A stretch of 64,000 bases of DNA from Deltaproteobacteria bacterium. Its GTDB lineage: Bacteria; Myxococcota_A; Polyangia; Polyangiales; Houyiibacteriaceae. The notes under the pieces were generated by a model, which saw nothing but the letters and a program-made list of their open reading frames with translations, was not told where the DNA came from and did not search any database. Both the position numbers and the translations under genes were made by a program. The DNA lies in the NCBI GenBank assembly GCA_034670305.1, contig JAXMNT010000039.1:13465-77464 (forward strand), given 5' to 3'. Shown here piece after piece: positions 19,201-27,952 of this stretch. The number at the start of each line of letters is the position of its first letter. Within the stretch, counting starts at the first letter, position 1.

Positions 19201-20552
19201 CCGACCTCTGCGCCCACTTCTTCCGCACTGCGCATCTCCTCCTCGGAGCGCACGGCACGTTGGGCTTCATCGCAACCAACACGATTGCTCAAGGCGACAC
19301 CCGCTCGACCGGCTTGCAGTGGCTTTGTCGGCGAAGCGGCGTCATCTACGCGGCCACCCCTACGAGGACGTGGCCCGGGGACGCCGCGGTGATGGTGGCC
19401 GAGGTGCATCTCTCATTCGGGCGCACACGCCCTGGCCAGCGCACGTTGGCTGGTCAGTCCGTAGGAGAGATCAACTCCCGACTTCGAGGCGGTGCCGAGC
19501 GGGATGATGCGAGTCATCTCGATGCTTGCTCGGGCGTCAGCTTCCTCGGGTCGAAAGTCTACGGACAGGGGTTCGTTCTCACCCCCGAAGACCGCGATGC
19601 GCTCGTCGCCAAGAACCCACGGAACGCCGAACGCATCTTCCCCTACCTGGGCGGAAAAGAGGTCAACACCAGCCCCACTCAGTCACACGACCGATTCGTG
19701 ATCAGCTTCGGACAAATGTCACTTGAGCAGGCGGAGGCGTGGCCGGACCTCATCGAGATCGTTCGCACAAAGGTGAAGCCCGATCGAGATCGTCTGAAGG
19801 ACAATCCAGATGGTCGTCGTCGAAAGCAGTACTGGTGGCAGTTCGGGCGCTGGACCCCTGCGCTCTTCGAAGCAATCGCCTCAGGCAGCCGTTGCCTCGT
19901 CAACTCCCAGGTCAGCAAGCACCTGGTGTTCGCGTTCCAACCCACCGACCGCATCTTCGGCCACGCTCTCTACGCTTACCCCCTCCCCGCCTACGCCTCC
20001 TTTGCGACCCTCCAGTCGCGCATCCACGAGGGCTGGGCGCGCTTGCTCTCGTCCTCGCTTGAAGACCGACTCCGCTACGCGGCGAGCGACTGCTTCGAGA
20101 CCTTCCCGTTCCCGGAGCCGGACCCCCGCACCGTACTCCCCGCGCTCGAGACGATCGGCGAGCGGCTCTACGAAGCGCGGGCGAAGTACATGGTGGACAC
20201 CCAGCAGGGCCTGACCACCGCCTACAACCTGCTCAAGGACCCTGCCGAACTGGAGCCCCGCCTCCTCGAGCTCCGCGCCCTCCACGTCGCCCTCGATGAA
20301 GCGGTCCTGCAGGCCTACGCCACCAGCACCGCCCCCATCGAAGACGCAGAACTGGTCAACGGCCAAGACCCCCGCTGGACGGCCATAGAGGTCCCCCCCT
20401 TCTGCCCCGAAACCCCCGGCCCCGAACCCGAAGCCAACTGGAAGCGCCAACTAGCCCGCTTCCAAGACCAAACCATAGACCTCCTCTTCCAACTAAACGC
20501 CTCCCGAGCGAAGGCGGAGAAGACAACCGCAGGCAGGAACTCGGAGAAGTAA
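16272..20552 (+). CDS. drmMI: DISARM class 1 adenine DNA methyltransferase (Eco57I/type IIG-like) DrmMI
   Basis: LDVEQIGSVYEALM; SSHYTPRSL; VCDPAMGSGAFL (SAM binding); VGNPPF (motif IV); ATNTIAQGDTR; DCFETFPFP; ATGA overlap with drmD. Confidence 0.88.
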   Translation: MSSDAQRRHEAWLGMAQPVEGLVFSAPVLADRNVPRPELSPTELQRLFLEVCPPSEIEEGVSTKPAIRDLLRFFQTLLAYEPADWHGPELTGGKALGQEAKQLGGTFPPALHLDVPEADQVLRPTLALPKRTPTPIPDGTDATDAARAGAAYELLVWDLADPQCAGDAAIGLDLDKPEDVTGHWRYPPTAKFERLLRHLRVPVGLLTNRRELRLVYAPHGESTGHLTFRFDDLAEIGGRPILDALVALLHAERFFSLPADEGLTALLRESRERQANVTTELAEQVMDALQILLSGFQAAAERDPEGYGAVFADALERTVVSHHQVTDAATEADHVYRGLLTVMLRLVFLLFAEDRGLLPTDHPLYRDHFSVLALFARLQEDAGAHPDSMGLRFGAWGQLLAVFRAVFTGVEHGDLRMPARHGDLFDPHRFPFLEGVVVGASPLRRPEQQAAINVPTMDDGTVFRVLEKLIVFEGQRLSYKALDVEQIGSVYEALMGFHVHRCEAPAVRVRVAKGSPPWLTVDEVLEQKPAQREKWLKKEIGLTGANAKKLAARFKAIDKLSDEQTLTEFEALGHAAPVSTDDAATGSATADARRHALMLDALSDMAAVRKKSQRGKALAAAGRLVLQPGEERRRTSSHYTPRSLSAPIVERTLEPLLRAMGDAPTADQLLELKVCDPAMGSGAFLVAACDYLGDQLVAAWTREGALEQVAKDAPNEDPVLYARRLVAQRCLYGVDKNDAAVELAKLSLWLFTLARDRPFTFLDHALRHGDSLVGLSFEQIRNFTWEPESELKGLDKKGAQLDLSHRELDVALGEAIPIRQRILELAKDPSPDAQSEKEQLVFQAADALDRVRLIGDVIVGAFFAEKKKKAREKEKERRRTLVQRWLAGDEEAGGELRQLQAEIRARLPVFHWMLEYPEVFWSERADPLAMWATDGEAYMDAFVGNPPFMGGSGISTAMGDEFRDWLLATHINSHGNADLCAHFFRTAHLLLGAHGTLGFIATNTIAQGDTRSTGLQWLCRRSGVIYAATPTRTWPGDAAVMVAEVHLSFGRTRPGQRTLAGQSVGEINSRLRGGAERDDASHLDACSGVSFLGSKVYGQGFVLTPEDRDALVAKNPRNAERIFPYLGGKEVNTSPTQSHDRFVISFGQMSLEQAEAWPDLIEIVRTKVKPDRDRLKDNPDGRRRKQYWWQFGRWTPALFEAIASGSRCLVNSQVSKHLVFAFQPTDRIFGHALYAYPLPAYASFATLQSRIHEGWARLLSSSLEDRLRYAASDCFETFPFPEPDPRTVLPALETIGERLYEARAKYMVDTQQGLTTAYNLLKDPAELEPRLLELRALHVALDEAVLQAYATSTAPIEDAELVNGQDPRWTAIEVPPFCPETPGPEPEANWKRQLARFQDQTIDLLFQLNASRAKAEKTTAGRNSEK

Positions 20553-23500
20553 TGGCGCATGTACTCATCGACCTGGAGAACCGGCCCGCAGAAGAGGAGG
20601 AGCTGGACGACCTTCTGCAGCGGCTGGAAGGAATGCGAACCGCAGCGCTCGACGAGGCTAGCGCCCGTAGGAAAGGGGATCGCCTTCCGAACTCGATAGA
20701 CCGTTTTCGCACAGCCAAGGCGCTTCTCATCGATGGCCCCCGAGGAAGCGGCAAGACCACGCTGCTGCTCGATGCCCTGACTTGCTGTGGCACATTCTAC
20801 CCCAAGGGAAGTGACCAACCGAGGCATTCAGAACTCACCCCCGTCTGCCTCATTGACATGGAGCGGCTTGCAACCGACGTACCTCTTGCCATTCAGACCT
20901 TGGCGGCTCTCCGGAGGGCCGCCACACCACCCGATGCCGACCGTTGGACCGAAGACGACAGAGCACTCGACGAAGACTGGAAGCGCGTCTTGGAGGCTGT
21001 TGGTCGCGGATGGCGCAACAACCTCGCATCCAGGCGGTCGGAGATGGATCCGAGTGAGTACGTCTGGGTGCTCGAGAACGCCGCCGAAAGCGCGCTCGAG
21101 CATGCGCACAGTCACCGGTCCTTCGTGGACAGACTCGTACTCACTTGGCAGCGCGCCGCGCCCGGACGAGAGGACACCCAGCCGCTGTTCATCGTCGCTG
21201 TAGACGATGCGGACATGCAGCCCGACCGCTGCGCCGAGCTCCTTCACATGACAAGAGTTCTGTGGCACCCGAACGTTGCGTTCCTGTTGGCGGGGGACGA
21301 GAACCTCTTCATGGCGAGTCTCATTGGCCACTTCACCGCTGCCCTCGCAGTTCCGCCGATGACCTCACCCCCGCGTGCGATCCGCGGGCACATCGACCCA
21401 CGAGTCCTCGCCCGAGACCTTTTCGCAAAAGTCTTCCCGCCCAGTCATATCGTTGAACGCCAGCCGGTTCCTGAGCGCGAGCGAACTGAGAGACTGCTCA
21501 CCCTCCTGGAGGAGCAGGAGACATCGGTCGCTGAACGCCTGAAGTTCTTCATCAAGTCTCATTCGGCGACAGTACAGGCTGCGCTCCCACGCTATCACCG
21601 TCACCTCAATCAGCTGGCCGAAGCGCTAGGAAAAATTGGCCGCCGCAGGGAGGGGCTCGGGATAGAGGACTTCGTTGAGGAGCTGTTCCGGAACGCCCAC
21701 TCTCGGTACGCCATCCCGGAGGATGCGGAAACTGCGGCATCCGTGGGGCCCGGGTTGGCCGTCCACAGTAGCGGAGAGCGGGTACGCTTCATGCCACAAG
21801 TGTTCGAACCTGGCTTTCGGATACCCGCAGTACATAGCGGCTTTATTAGACTTCGAGATGGCGAACGGTGGCCAGAGCTCGTGGAACGCGACGAGGACGC
21901 GCAGATGGCCGCCGCCGCATTTCAATTGTCGATACTTGTCTTCATGCCCCTTGTCGGCGAGCACCAGCTCGACGGGGGCGGCGGCCTCGTGTCGTTGCGT
22001 GTTCCAGGTCACTTATGCCCGACATCTGACGACCTATGGCTCCCAATTACTTTTCGTGAAATCTGGACTAAAACTCTCATCCGCATTCAAATGGTTCTTC
22101 GCTCTGCTGCCGACCCACTTCCGCGCATGCAGGGCATATTGATGTGCATGCTGAACGATGATTCAGCAGAAATGATCGACGAGCTCACGACGAACACCAA
22201 GGAAATCGGAAGGCCGTTGAGCTTTCTGTGGCGAGAACTCATCGCCAGAGAAGGGGTCCAACCCCGGCAACATGATGCCGACGCACTACTAGTGGGACTA
22301 ATGGCAACACTGCCAGAGTCTGGCTTGGAAGCAGAAGCTGCCAACGCACTTTTTGATGACATTCGCGTCCTCTGCGGTACCCGGTTCGAACGGGTTCTTC
22401 GTGCCGGAGTCGCTCTCCGGCGGAGGCGACTCTCGAAGATTGATCTCGGATCGTACTCGGCGGTCGGGTGGCTTGAGCACATCGATGGACCCGACGATGG
22501 AGAAGTCGATGATGTATTGAACTCAGTCGCATGGTTTCGAATTCCGGTCGGTGGTGTGCGTGGCGAGGAGGTGCGACGTTTCCTTGAGGCAATGCCGGAA
22601 GACTATAAGGGCCTGGAGATTATGCCCGGCTGGGCGAATGGGAAGCAGCGACCCCTGCAGCTCTATTTCACTGAGTCGCGGGTGCTTGAAATTCTCGACG
22701 CTCGTCGGACTGGCGGTCAGGCTCGAACCCACTCCCTGGTGCTCGAACGGGAGATTCCCCGGCTAAGGCGGGGTCGCGGTGCCGCATACGTGCAGCTGCA
22801 CCAGCTGTGGGAGGCTGTGGGTGCCCCCTTCCTCGGAGGGCCAGGTTCATGGCTTGCCCGACTCCGGGGGGGGCGGCTTGAGACATCCAATGGGAACGAG
22901 TTCCCGGAACCCGTGGTGTCTAGCATTGGTCGCCCCCTGCTCCCGCACGCACAGATTGCACCCCTCGACATTGCGGGTCAGGTGTTTGGCCTCGACACTG
23001 TGCAAAGCGTGCTGCTTCGGATCATTCGAGACGTGCACGTTGACAGCACAGACCAGACAAAGTCTCCACCCCCGGCCCTCGGCGATCTGGGGGTACACGT
23101 CTCAGGCGGAGTGACTGTGACCTGGCCCGCGCCAGCCTACATGGCCCCCATCGACCGTGAGACCCTCGTATTGGTATGGAACCAACTGGTCTCCAGCTGG
23201 CTGGATGAGCGACCGAACGTGGACCCTGAGCAGATACTGGATCTCATGGCAGTGGATGCGCTCCAATCTATCCAGCGTATTGGGCAGTCACGCTCATCCC
23301 ATCGTCCGGACCACGACTTCCGGACACCTGAAGAGCAGGTGGAGGAGCTGCGGTTCGGGTACACTGGAATGCTGAACGCGGGCGGGGCAAGAGCGTCTCT
23401 TCACAAGCACTTTATTGTGGTTGGCGTGCCTCTACTATGCTGTCCCGAATATGGTCTTTCCACTGAAATATCGAACGCGATCTTCGGAAAGTGCGATCCA

Positions 23501-23650
23501 CCTGAACCTGGCGTGTTGGAAGCGATTCGGGCGGAGCGCATTCGACGGGTTCATGCCGAGGAAGCGGACCAGGTTCCTCGACTGTTGGCCGAGATCGACT
23601 CGGCCCACGGCGACCGGGAAATTGTCCGGGCGCTTGCTGAGCAGGCGTAG
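20552..23650 (+). CDS. Large P-loop NTPase, RADAR RdrA-like
   Basis: Walker A GPRGSGKTT and Walker B IVAVDDAD; 1032 aa; directly upstream of an adenosine-deaminase-fold gene; visibly more A/T-rich codon use than flanks. Confidence 0.7.
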   Translation: MAHVLIDLENRPAEEEELDDLLQRLEGMRTAALDEASARRKGDRLPNSIDRFRTAKALLIDGPRGSGKTTLLLDALTCCGTFYPKGSDQPRHSELTPVCLIDMERLATDVPLAIQTLAALRRAATPPDADRWTEDDRALDEDWKRVLEAVGRGWRNNLASRRSEMDPSEYVWVLENAAESALEHAHSHRSFVDRLVLTWQRAAPGREDTQPLFIVAVDDADMQPDRCAELLHMTRVLWHPNVAFLLAGDENLFMASLIGHFTAALAVPPMTSPPRAIRGHIDPRVLARDLFAKVFPPSHIVERQPVPERERTERLLTLLEEQETSVAERLKFFIKSHSATVQAALPRYHRHLNQLAEALGKIGRRREGLGIEDFVEELFRNAHSRYAIPEDAETAASVGPGLAVHSSGERVRFMPQVFEPGFRIPAVHSGFIRLRDGERWPELVERDEDAQMAAAAFQLSILVFMPLVGEHQLDGGGGLVSLRVPGHLCPTSDDLWLPITFREIWTKTLIRIQMVLRSAADPLPRMQGILMCMLNDDSAEMIDELTTNTKEIGRPLSFLWRELIAREGVQPRQHDADALLVGLMATLPESGLEAEAANALFDDIRVLCGTRFERVLRAGVALRRRRLSKIDLGSYSAVGWLEHIDGPDDGEVDDVLNSVAWFRIPVGGVRGEEVRRFLEAMPEDYKGLEIMPGWANGKQRPLQLYFTESRVLEILDARRTGGQARTHSLVLEREIPRLRRGRGAAYVQLHQLWEAVGAPFLGGPGSWLARLRGGRLETSNGNEFPEPVVSSIGRPLLPHAQIAPLDIAGQVFGLDTVQSVLLRIIRDVHVDSTDQTKSPPPALGDLGVHVSGGVTVTWPAPAYMAPIDRETLVLVWNQLVSSWLDERPNVDPEQILDLMAVDALQSIQRIGQSRSSHRPDHDFRTPEEQVEELRFGYTGMLNAGGARASLHKHFIVVGVPLLCCPEYGLSTEISNAIFGKCDPPEPGVLEAIRAERIRRVHAEEADQVPRLLAEIDSAHGDREIVRALAEQA

Positions 23651-25833
23651 TGGAACGGAGGCCTCACGAAGCACTACATGCGTACGCGGTGGCCGCCCCC
23701 CTGTGTGAACCATTGGCCTTCCGTCTATGCCTACGACAGTTGGGGGACTGGCAGCGGGGTGTTGCCAGGGACGCAATCCCGGTCGCAAAGGCAACGAGGC
23801 GGCGTCTGCGCGAACATGGGCGGGGTCGTTCACTGCGAGAGCTTGAGTCGATTCGCGACGGTGCCTGGTTCGCAGCCAAGAAGGGAAGAGCGACACCTCG
23901 CACGGTGCTCAAGCGCTATGCGGACTCATTGCTCTCAGCGAACGGGGAACTGCAGACCGGGGGCGCTCCGTGGTGGCGCACGATACGAAACTACCGTTGG
24001 GCGACACTCGCGTTGCCATGGGAAGTGCTGTTGCTTGCGGTCGCACAGACGACGCCGACCGAGTTACGCCGCCCTGACCTCCTGTCTGCGATCGGCCCGC
24101 TCTCGCGCCGGTGGAGCGAGAACCACCTCCATCAGGGCGGAGCTGCGGAGTACAGCGAACTGTGGACCGGCCTCATGCTGGATGCGTATCAGGGCACGTT
24201 GAGTCTCGCGAGCATGCCGGAGGACAAGGCTATTCCGATGGGCTCACCCACCGGGGTCGAGCGACTCCTCTATCAAGCTGCCGCCGTTCGCATGCGTTTG
24301 GTTGGCTTCAATCACAAGCCGGCAAGCGTGGGTGAGAGACGGGCCTGGAACGCTCTCGACGCGACCTGGCTTGGAGCGACCAGACAGCCACTCGGAGACT
24401 ATCGACTGCTGTCTCGTGGAGTCAGGGTGCACAGACGTGGTGGCTGCCCGACTGACCCCGCCTCCGTAGCCCTCGGCCAGCCAAGTCCATCCGCCGAGTG
24501 CGAGGTGCTCCACAAGGCACTGCACTCCTCATGCGTGTACTCGTTGCAGTACCTGCGGGTGTACTGCTGGCTCTACCGATACGTTGTGCAGCAGCCGGGT
24601 GTCCAAGGCCTGGGTTGGTTCGATCGTCACTACCGCAGGCTGGACACACTCACCAAGGGCATCGAAGACCATCGCCAACGACGAGCACTTCGCCTCACCG
24701 AGTCACATCTGCGGGCGCAACATGTGGAAACGCGTTCGACCCCACGTCGTGCCTTGAGGAAGATCCTTGAGACACACCGACTCGCCCACGAGGTAGGTAC
24801 ACGCGTGAGGTTCGCCGTGCATTTTCTCCGCGCCGACTCACGCAAGACTCCATGGCATCGCGATTGGCTGGAGGAGAACCGAGGGTCCGCGACGACCGTC
24901 GCCCGCCTGATACGTCGACCCGGACCCTCGTTCTCTGCAGTCGATTGTGCCAACGATGAACTCAGCGTACCGACCGGTATCGAGAATGCGGTCCTCCACT
25001 GCGCACTAGCTAGCGCATCCAGGTCAAGGCATCCGCCCGCACTGTCACTCCATGCCGGCGAGGACTATCGCTCACCCTTGGAGGGTCTGAGACGCGTCGA
25101 TCGTGTCTTGATGCTGGCATCACACTACGGACTCAGGGCCCGCATTGGGCACGGCCTTGCACTTCTCGAGTCACGTGAACGCAGCCGTGAAGGAAGGCTC
25201 CTGCAGCCCCGCTTCGAGCGGCTGTGTGACTTGCGGTGGGAAGAACACCTGGCGTGGGACATGCGGATCCGACGGGGGGACGGCCGCAAGCGTGCGGTCG
25301 AACATGAGATGCGTCTGCTTCTGGACGAGATGGAACTCGGTTCGACGCCGCTCCCTCAAGCCCGTGTTCTACTTGATCGGTTCACGAGCCCGGACGAGAC
25401 CTTCGCCCTGCATGGGCGGAAGCCATACCGCTACGAGGATCCGCTGAGTCAGTTCTTGGGCAACCGTCGAAAGACTCTCCTTGGTCAACAACCCGTCGAG
25501 GTTGTCTGGAACTCAAGCGAGAGAGAGGTCTCGCAAGCCGCACGGGACGCGGTCCGTCGAAAGGCGATCGACATGGGTGCCTTCATCGAGTGCTGTCCGT
25601 CCAGCAATCTCCTGGTCGGAGACTACAATGCGCTCGAAGACCACCCGATGTATCTGGAAGAGAACGAGCAGCTGAAGCTCACTATCAACTCGGATGACCC
25701 GCTGACATTCGCAACCTGCCTCGCGGACGAAATCGCCTATGCACTCGCGGGTGCCATTGCGAGCGGAATGACGCTGCCCGAGGCGCTCACGTGGATCGAC
25801 CGCCTCCGGCGAAATGGAAACGCAGTTCCGTAG
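23650..25833 (+). CDS. Adenosine/AMP deaminase-fold protein, RADAR RdrB-like
   Basis: Metal and catalytic motifs ENHLHQGG, HAGED, RIGHG, ECCPSSN, INSDDP in the expected order; 727 aa with long N-terminal extension; 1-nt overlap with the NTPase stop. Confidence 0.78.
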   Translation: MERRPHEALHAYAVAAPLCEPLAFRLCLRQLGDWQRGVARDAIPVAKATRRRLREHGRGRSLRELESIRDGAWFAAKKGRATPRTVLKRYADSLLSANGELQTGGAPWWRTIRNYRWATLALPWEVLLLAVAQTTPTELRRPDLLSAIGPLSRRWSENHLHQGGAAEYSELWTGLMLDAYQGTLSLASMPEDKAIPMGSPTGVERLLYQAAAVRMRLVGFNHKPASVGERRAWNALDATWLGATRQPLGDYRLLSRGVRVHRRGGCPTDPASVALGQPSPSAECEVLHKALHSSCVYSLQYLRVYCWLYRYVVQQPGVQGLGWFDRHYRRLDTLTKGIEDHRQRRALRLTESHLRAQHVETRSTPRRALRKILETHRLAHEVGTRVRFAVHFLRADSRKTPWHRDWLEENRGSATTVARLIRRPGPSFSAVDCANDELSVPTGIENAVLHCALASASRSRHPPALSLHAGEDYRSPLEGLRRVDRVLMLASHYGLRARIGHGLALLESRERSREGRLLQPRFERLCDLRWEEHLAWDMRIRRGDGRKRAVEHEMRLLLDEMELGSTPLPQARVLLDRFTSPDETFALHGRKPYRYEDPLSQFLGNRRKTLLGQQPVEVVWNSSEREVSQAARDAVRRKAIDMGAFIECCPSSNLLVGDYNALEDHPMYLEENEQLKLTINSDDPLTFATCLADEIAYALAGAIASGMTLPEALTWIDRLRRNGNAVP

Positions 25834-25860
25834 CGGCACCGCTGTCGACGTACACGTGCA

Positions 25861-26122
25861 CTCTCCTGCAGGCCATCGCGTGACCCGTCAACGCCCGTTC
25901 AATTTCGGGAGAGGAACGCAGGAGTTCGAACGAGTGTGGGGGAGTTCCGTCGCAGGACAACGAACTGCAGACGGCCGTCCACTGTCGTCCCCTACCAAGA
26001 CACCGCTCAGAAGCACGAAGCGCTCGCAGCATCCCTGACTTCTCTCCCCCAATCCCCCAACTCTTGCGTTCCTCCCCTCAAAAGAACCAAGAGCCAACGC
26101 GAACCACCACCAAGCAGGAGAG
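25861..26122 (+). other. Nested inverted-repeat element (structured ncRNA or REPIN/MITE relic)
   Basis: Stems 25861-25869/26114-26122 (9 bp), 25911-25926/26059-26074 (16 bp, one G-U), 25937-25944/26044-26051 (8 bp), inner hairpin 25947-25974. Confidence 0.6.
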
Positions 26123-26186
26123 CCCCGCCCGCGAGAACAACAACACCCGTTCTCTCAAAACGTCAGGTGGGCAACGAGCGGGTCTG

Positions 26187-27818
26187 TCAGGGACAGCTGG
26201 TTCGTTCTGCCATCGAGACCTCCCGGCCGCCGAACGACAGCGTGTCCGCCGCAATGATCGGCCGGACCGTGAACTCCGCTTCGGTGCTCGTCCGTTCAAT
26301 CGACCCCGTACGCACTGGCAGCTCGTCGGTGCCAGCGCTGCAGCTGTCCAGGCCTGGGTGGGACAGGGCAGAGAAGCGCAGCGCGCGGTCGCCCTCCAGG
26401 ACCGTGCTCAGCACGTAGGTGCGGTCCGCGGTCGGGACGAAGGTGTTCGAGTCCACGTCGCCTGGCGCGAAGAGTCTCGTCGACGTCAGGGCGTCGGCGC
26501 TCGAGAAACGAATCGCCACCGGCCGAGAAGGCATCCGCACAATCTCGCGCTCCGCCAGTACCACCAGCTCGTCGCCGATCTCCATCGCGCGCACCGCCCG
26601 CAGATCGACGCCCGTGTCGGTCGGCTCGATCGCCACGCCCACCCGCACCGCGCCATCGGGCGCGAGTCTCAAGTAGCCCGACCGTGTCACCGGCCCATTC
26701 AACACCGCGACCACATCTTCCCCGGCCTCCAGCAGCCAGGTCACTTGCGCGTCCACGGGGGCGTAGATGCGTCCCCATTCGAAGCCGCCCTCGATTGAGA
26801 ACCGAGCGACCATCGGCGAGTGGTCCGATATCGGACCGGAGTGGCCGCCCACCAACACCCCGCCGCTCGAATCGAGCATCACCGTGTAAGCGGCTTCCTG
26901 CGCGTCGGTGCCGAACTCCCGGAGCCACTGGATGACCCCGTCTCCTGACATGCGTGCGACGGACGCGTTCAGGACCCGCGTGTCCGGGTCCATCCTCGAC
27001 CCGGCCAGCAGCATGCCGCCCGCACCGTCTGAAGCACAGGCGATGAAGCCCGCGCCCTCCGTCGTGAACTGCTTCGTCCACAGCAGGGCTCCATCCGAGT
27101 CGAGCCGAGCCGCCAGCGGACTCCCGGCCACCGACCCGACCACGAGGATGTCGTCGTCCGAACGCACCGCGCACCGAAGCAGCGCCCCGCGGGGCTCCGG
27201 GTTTCCGACCGTCGTCGCCCATCGCTCAGACCCCGCGAAGTCGAACCCCGCCACGAACGCTTCGCTTCCGTCCAGGCTGCGACTGCGCCCAAGCGCGACG
27301 AACCCATCGTCGACCGACACACCCGCGAGGACCTGCTCGGACGCAATCCCGTACTCGGTGATCCACGGCTCCACCTGACAGTCGCCGCCCATGCAGGTGC
27401 TGCCCGCAGCGCAGTCCACCAACGTCTCAGTGGCCCCGTCGGCGTCACACTCGGCGACGGTTTCCGGGTCGACACAAGTGCGTGCGTCCGGGACGCAGAC
27501 GTCTTCCATGCAGCTGTTCGAAGCGCAGTGCTCCGCCGGCGCACAGTCGGCGTGGGCCACGCATTCCACGCACTCACCCGTTGAGGAACACGTCTCACCC
27601 AAGCAGTGGTCGTCGGAGAGACACTCGACGCAGACTCGAGCGTCGGAATCGCAGTACGAGTCACCGCTGCAGCCGCCGCACACATCGGCGGCGTCCATGC
27701 CCCCATCCAGACCAACCCCCACATCGACGCCCGAGTCCGAGGGCCCCGCGTCCATGTGGTCGTCGTCCCCGCAGGCCACGAGGCAGAGCAAGAACAAAGG
27801 CAAAAGACTTCGTGACAT
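26187..27818 (-). CDS. Lipoprotein with Cys-rich repeats and C-terminal beta-propeller
   Basis: Lipobox CLVACGDDD; CVECLSDDHC repeats; repeated (L/F)DxxG.xxW blade motifs. Confidence 0.75.
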   Translation of the reverse strand: MSRSLLPLFLLCLVACGDDDHMDAGPSDSGVDVGVGLDGGMDAADVCGGCSGDSYCDSDARVCVECLSDDHCLGETCSSTGECVECVAHADCAPAEHCASNSCMEDVCVPDARTCVDPETVAECDADGATETLVDCAAGSTCMGGDCQVEPWITEYGIASEQVLAGVSVDDGFVALGRSRSLDGSEAFVAGFDFAGSERWATTVGNPEPRGALLRCAVRSDDDILVVGSVAGSPLAARLDSDGALLWTKQFTTEGAGFIACASDGAGGMLLAGSRMDPDTRVLNASVARMSGDGVIQWLREFGTDAQEAAYTVMLDSSGGVLVGGHSGPISDHSPMVARFSIEGGFEWGRIYAPVDAQVTWLLEAGEDVVAVLNGPVTRSGYLRLAPDGAVRVGVAIEPTDTGVDLRAVRAMEIGDELVVLAEREIVRMPSRPVAIRFSSADALTSTRLFAPGDVDSNTFVPTADRTYVLSTVLEGDRALRFSALSHPGLDSCSAGTDELPVRTGSIERTSTEAEFTVRPIIAADTLSFGGREVSMAERTSCP

Positions 27819-27952
27819 GAGACCAGCCTATGCCGAGCCAATCTCCGGATGCAATCGGCGTTCTGTTCTCGAGAAACGCTCGGCCACAAAATTCGTCATC
27901 ACGGGGTTGTTGTCGGATGCGGTAGCCTCCCTCGCACCGTGGGGATGCCGTC

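Noticed and set aside
16272-20552. BREX PglX or stand-alone type IIG enzyme
   Set aside because: No pglZ/brxC in the window; drmD and drmABC context fits class 1 DISARM.
23650-25833. Housekeeping adenosine deaminase (add)
   Set aside because: About twice the usual length, coupled to a large NTPase, atypical codon use and located in a defence island.
25861-26122. Retron msr-msd or DGR template
   Set aside because: No reverse transcriptase in the window and no matching variable repeat seen.
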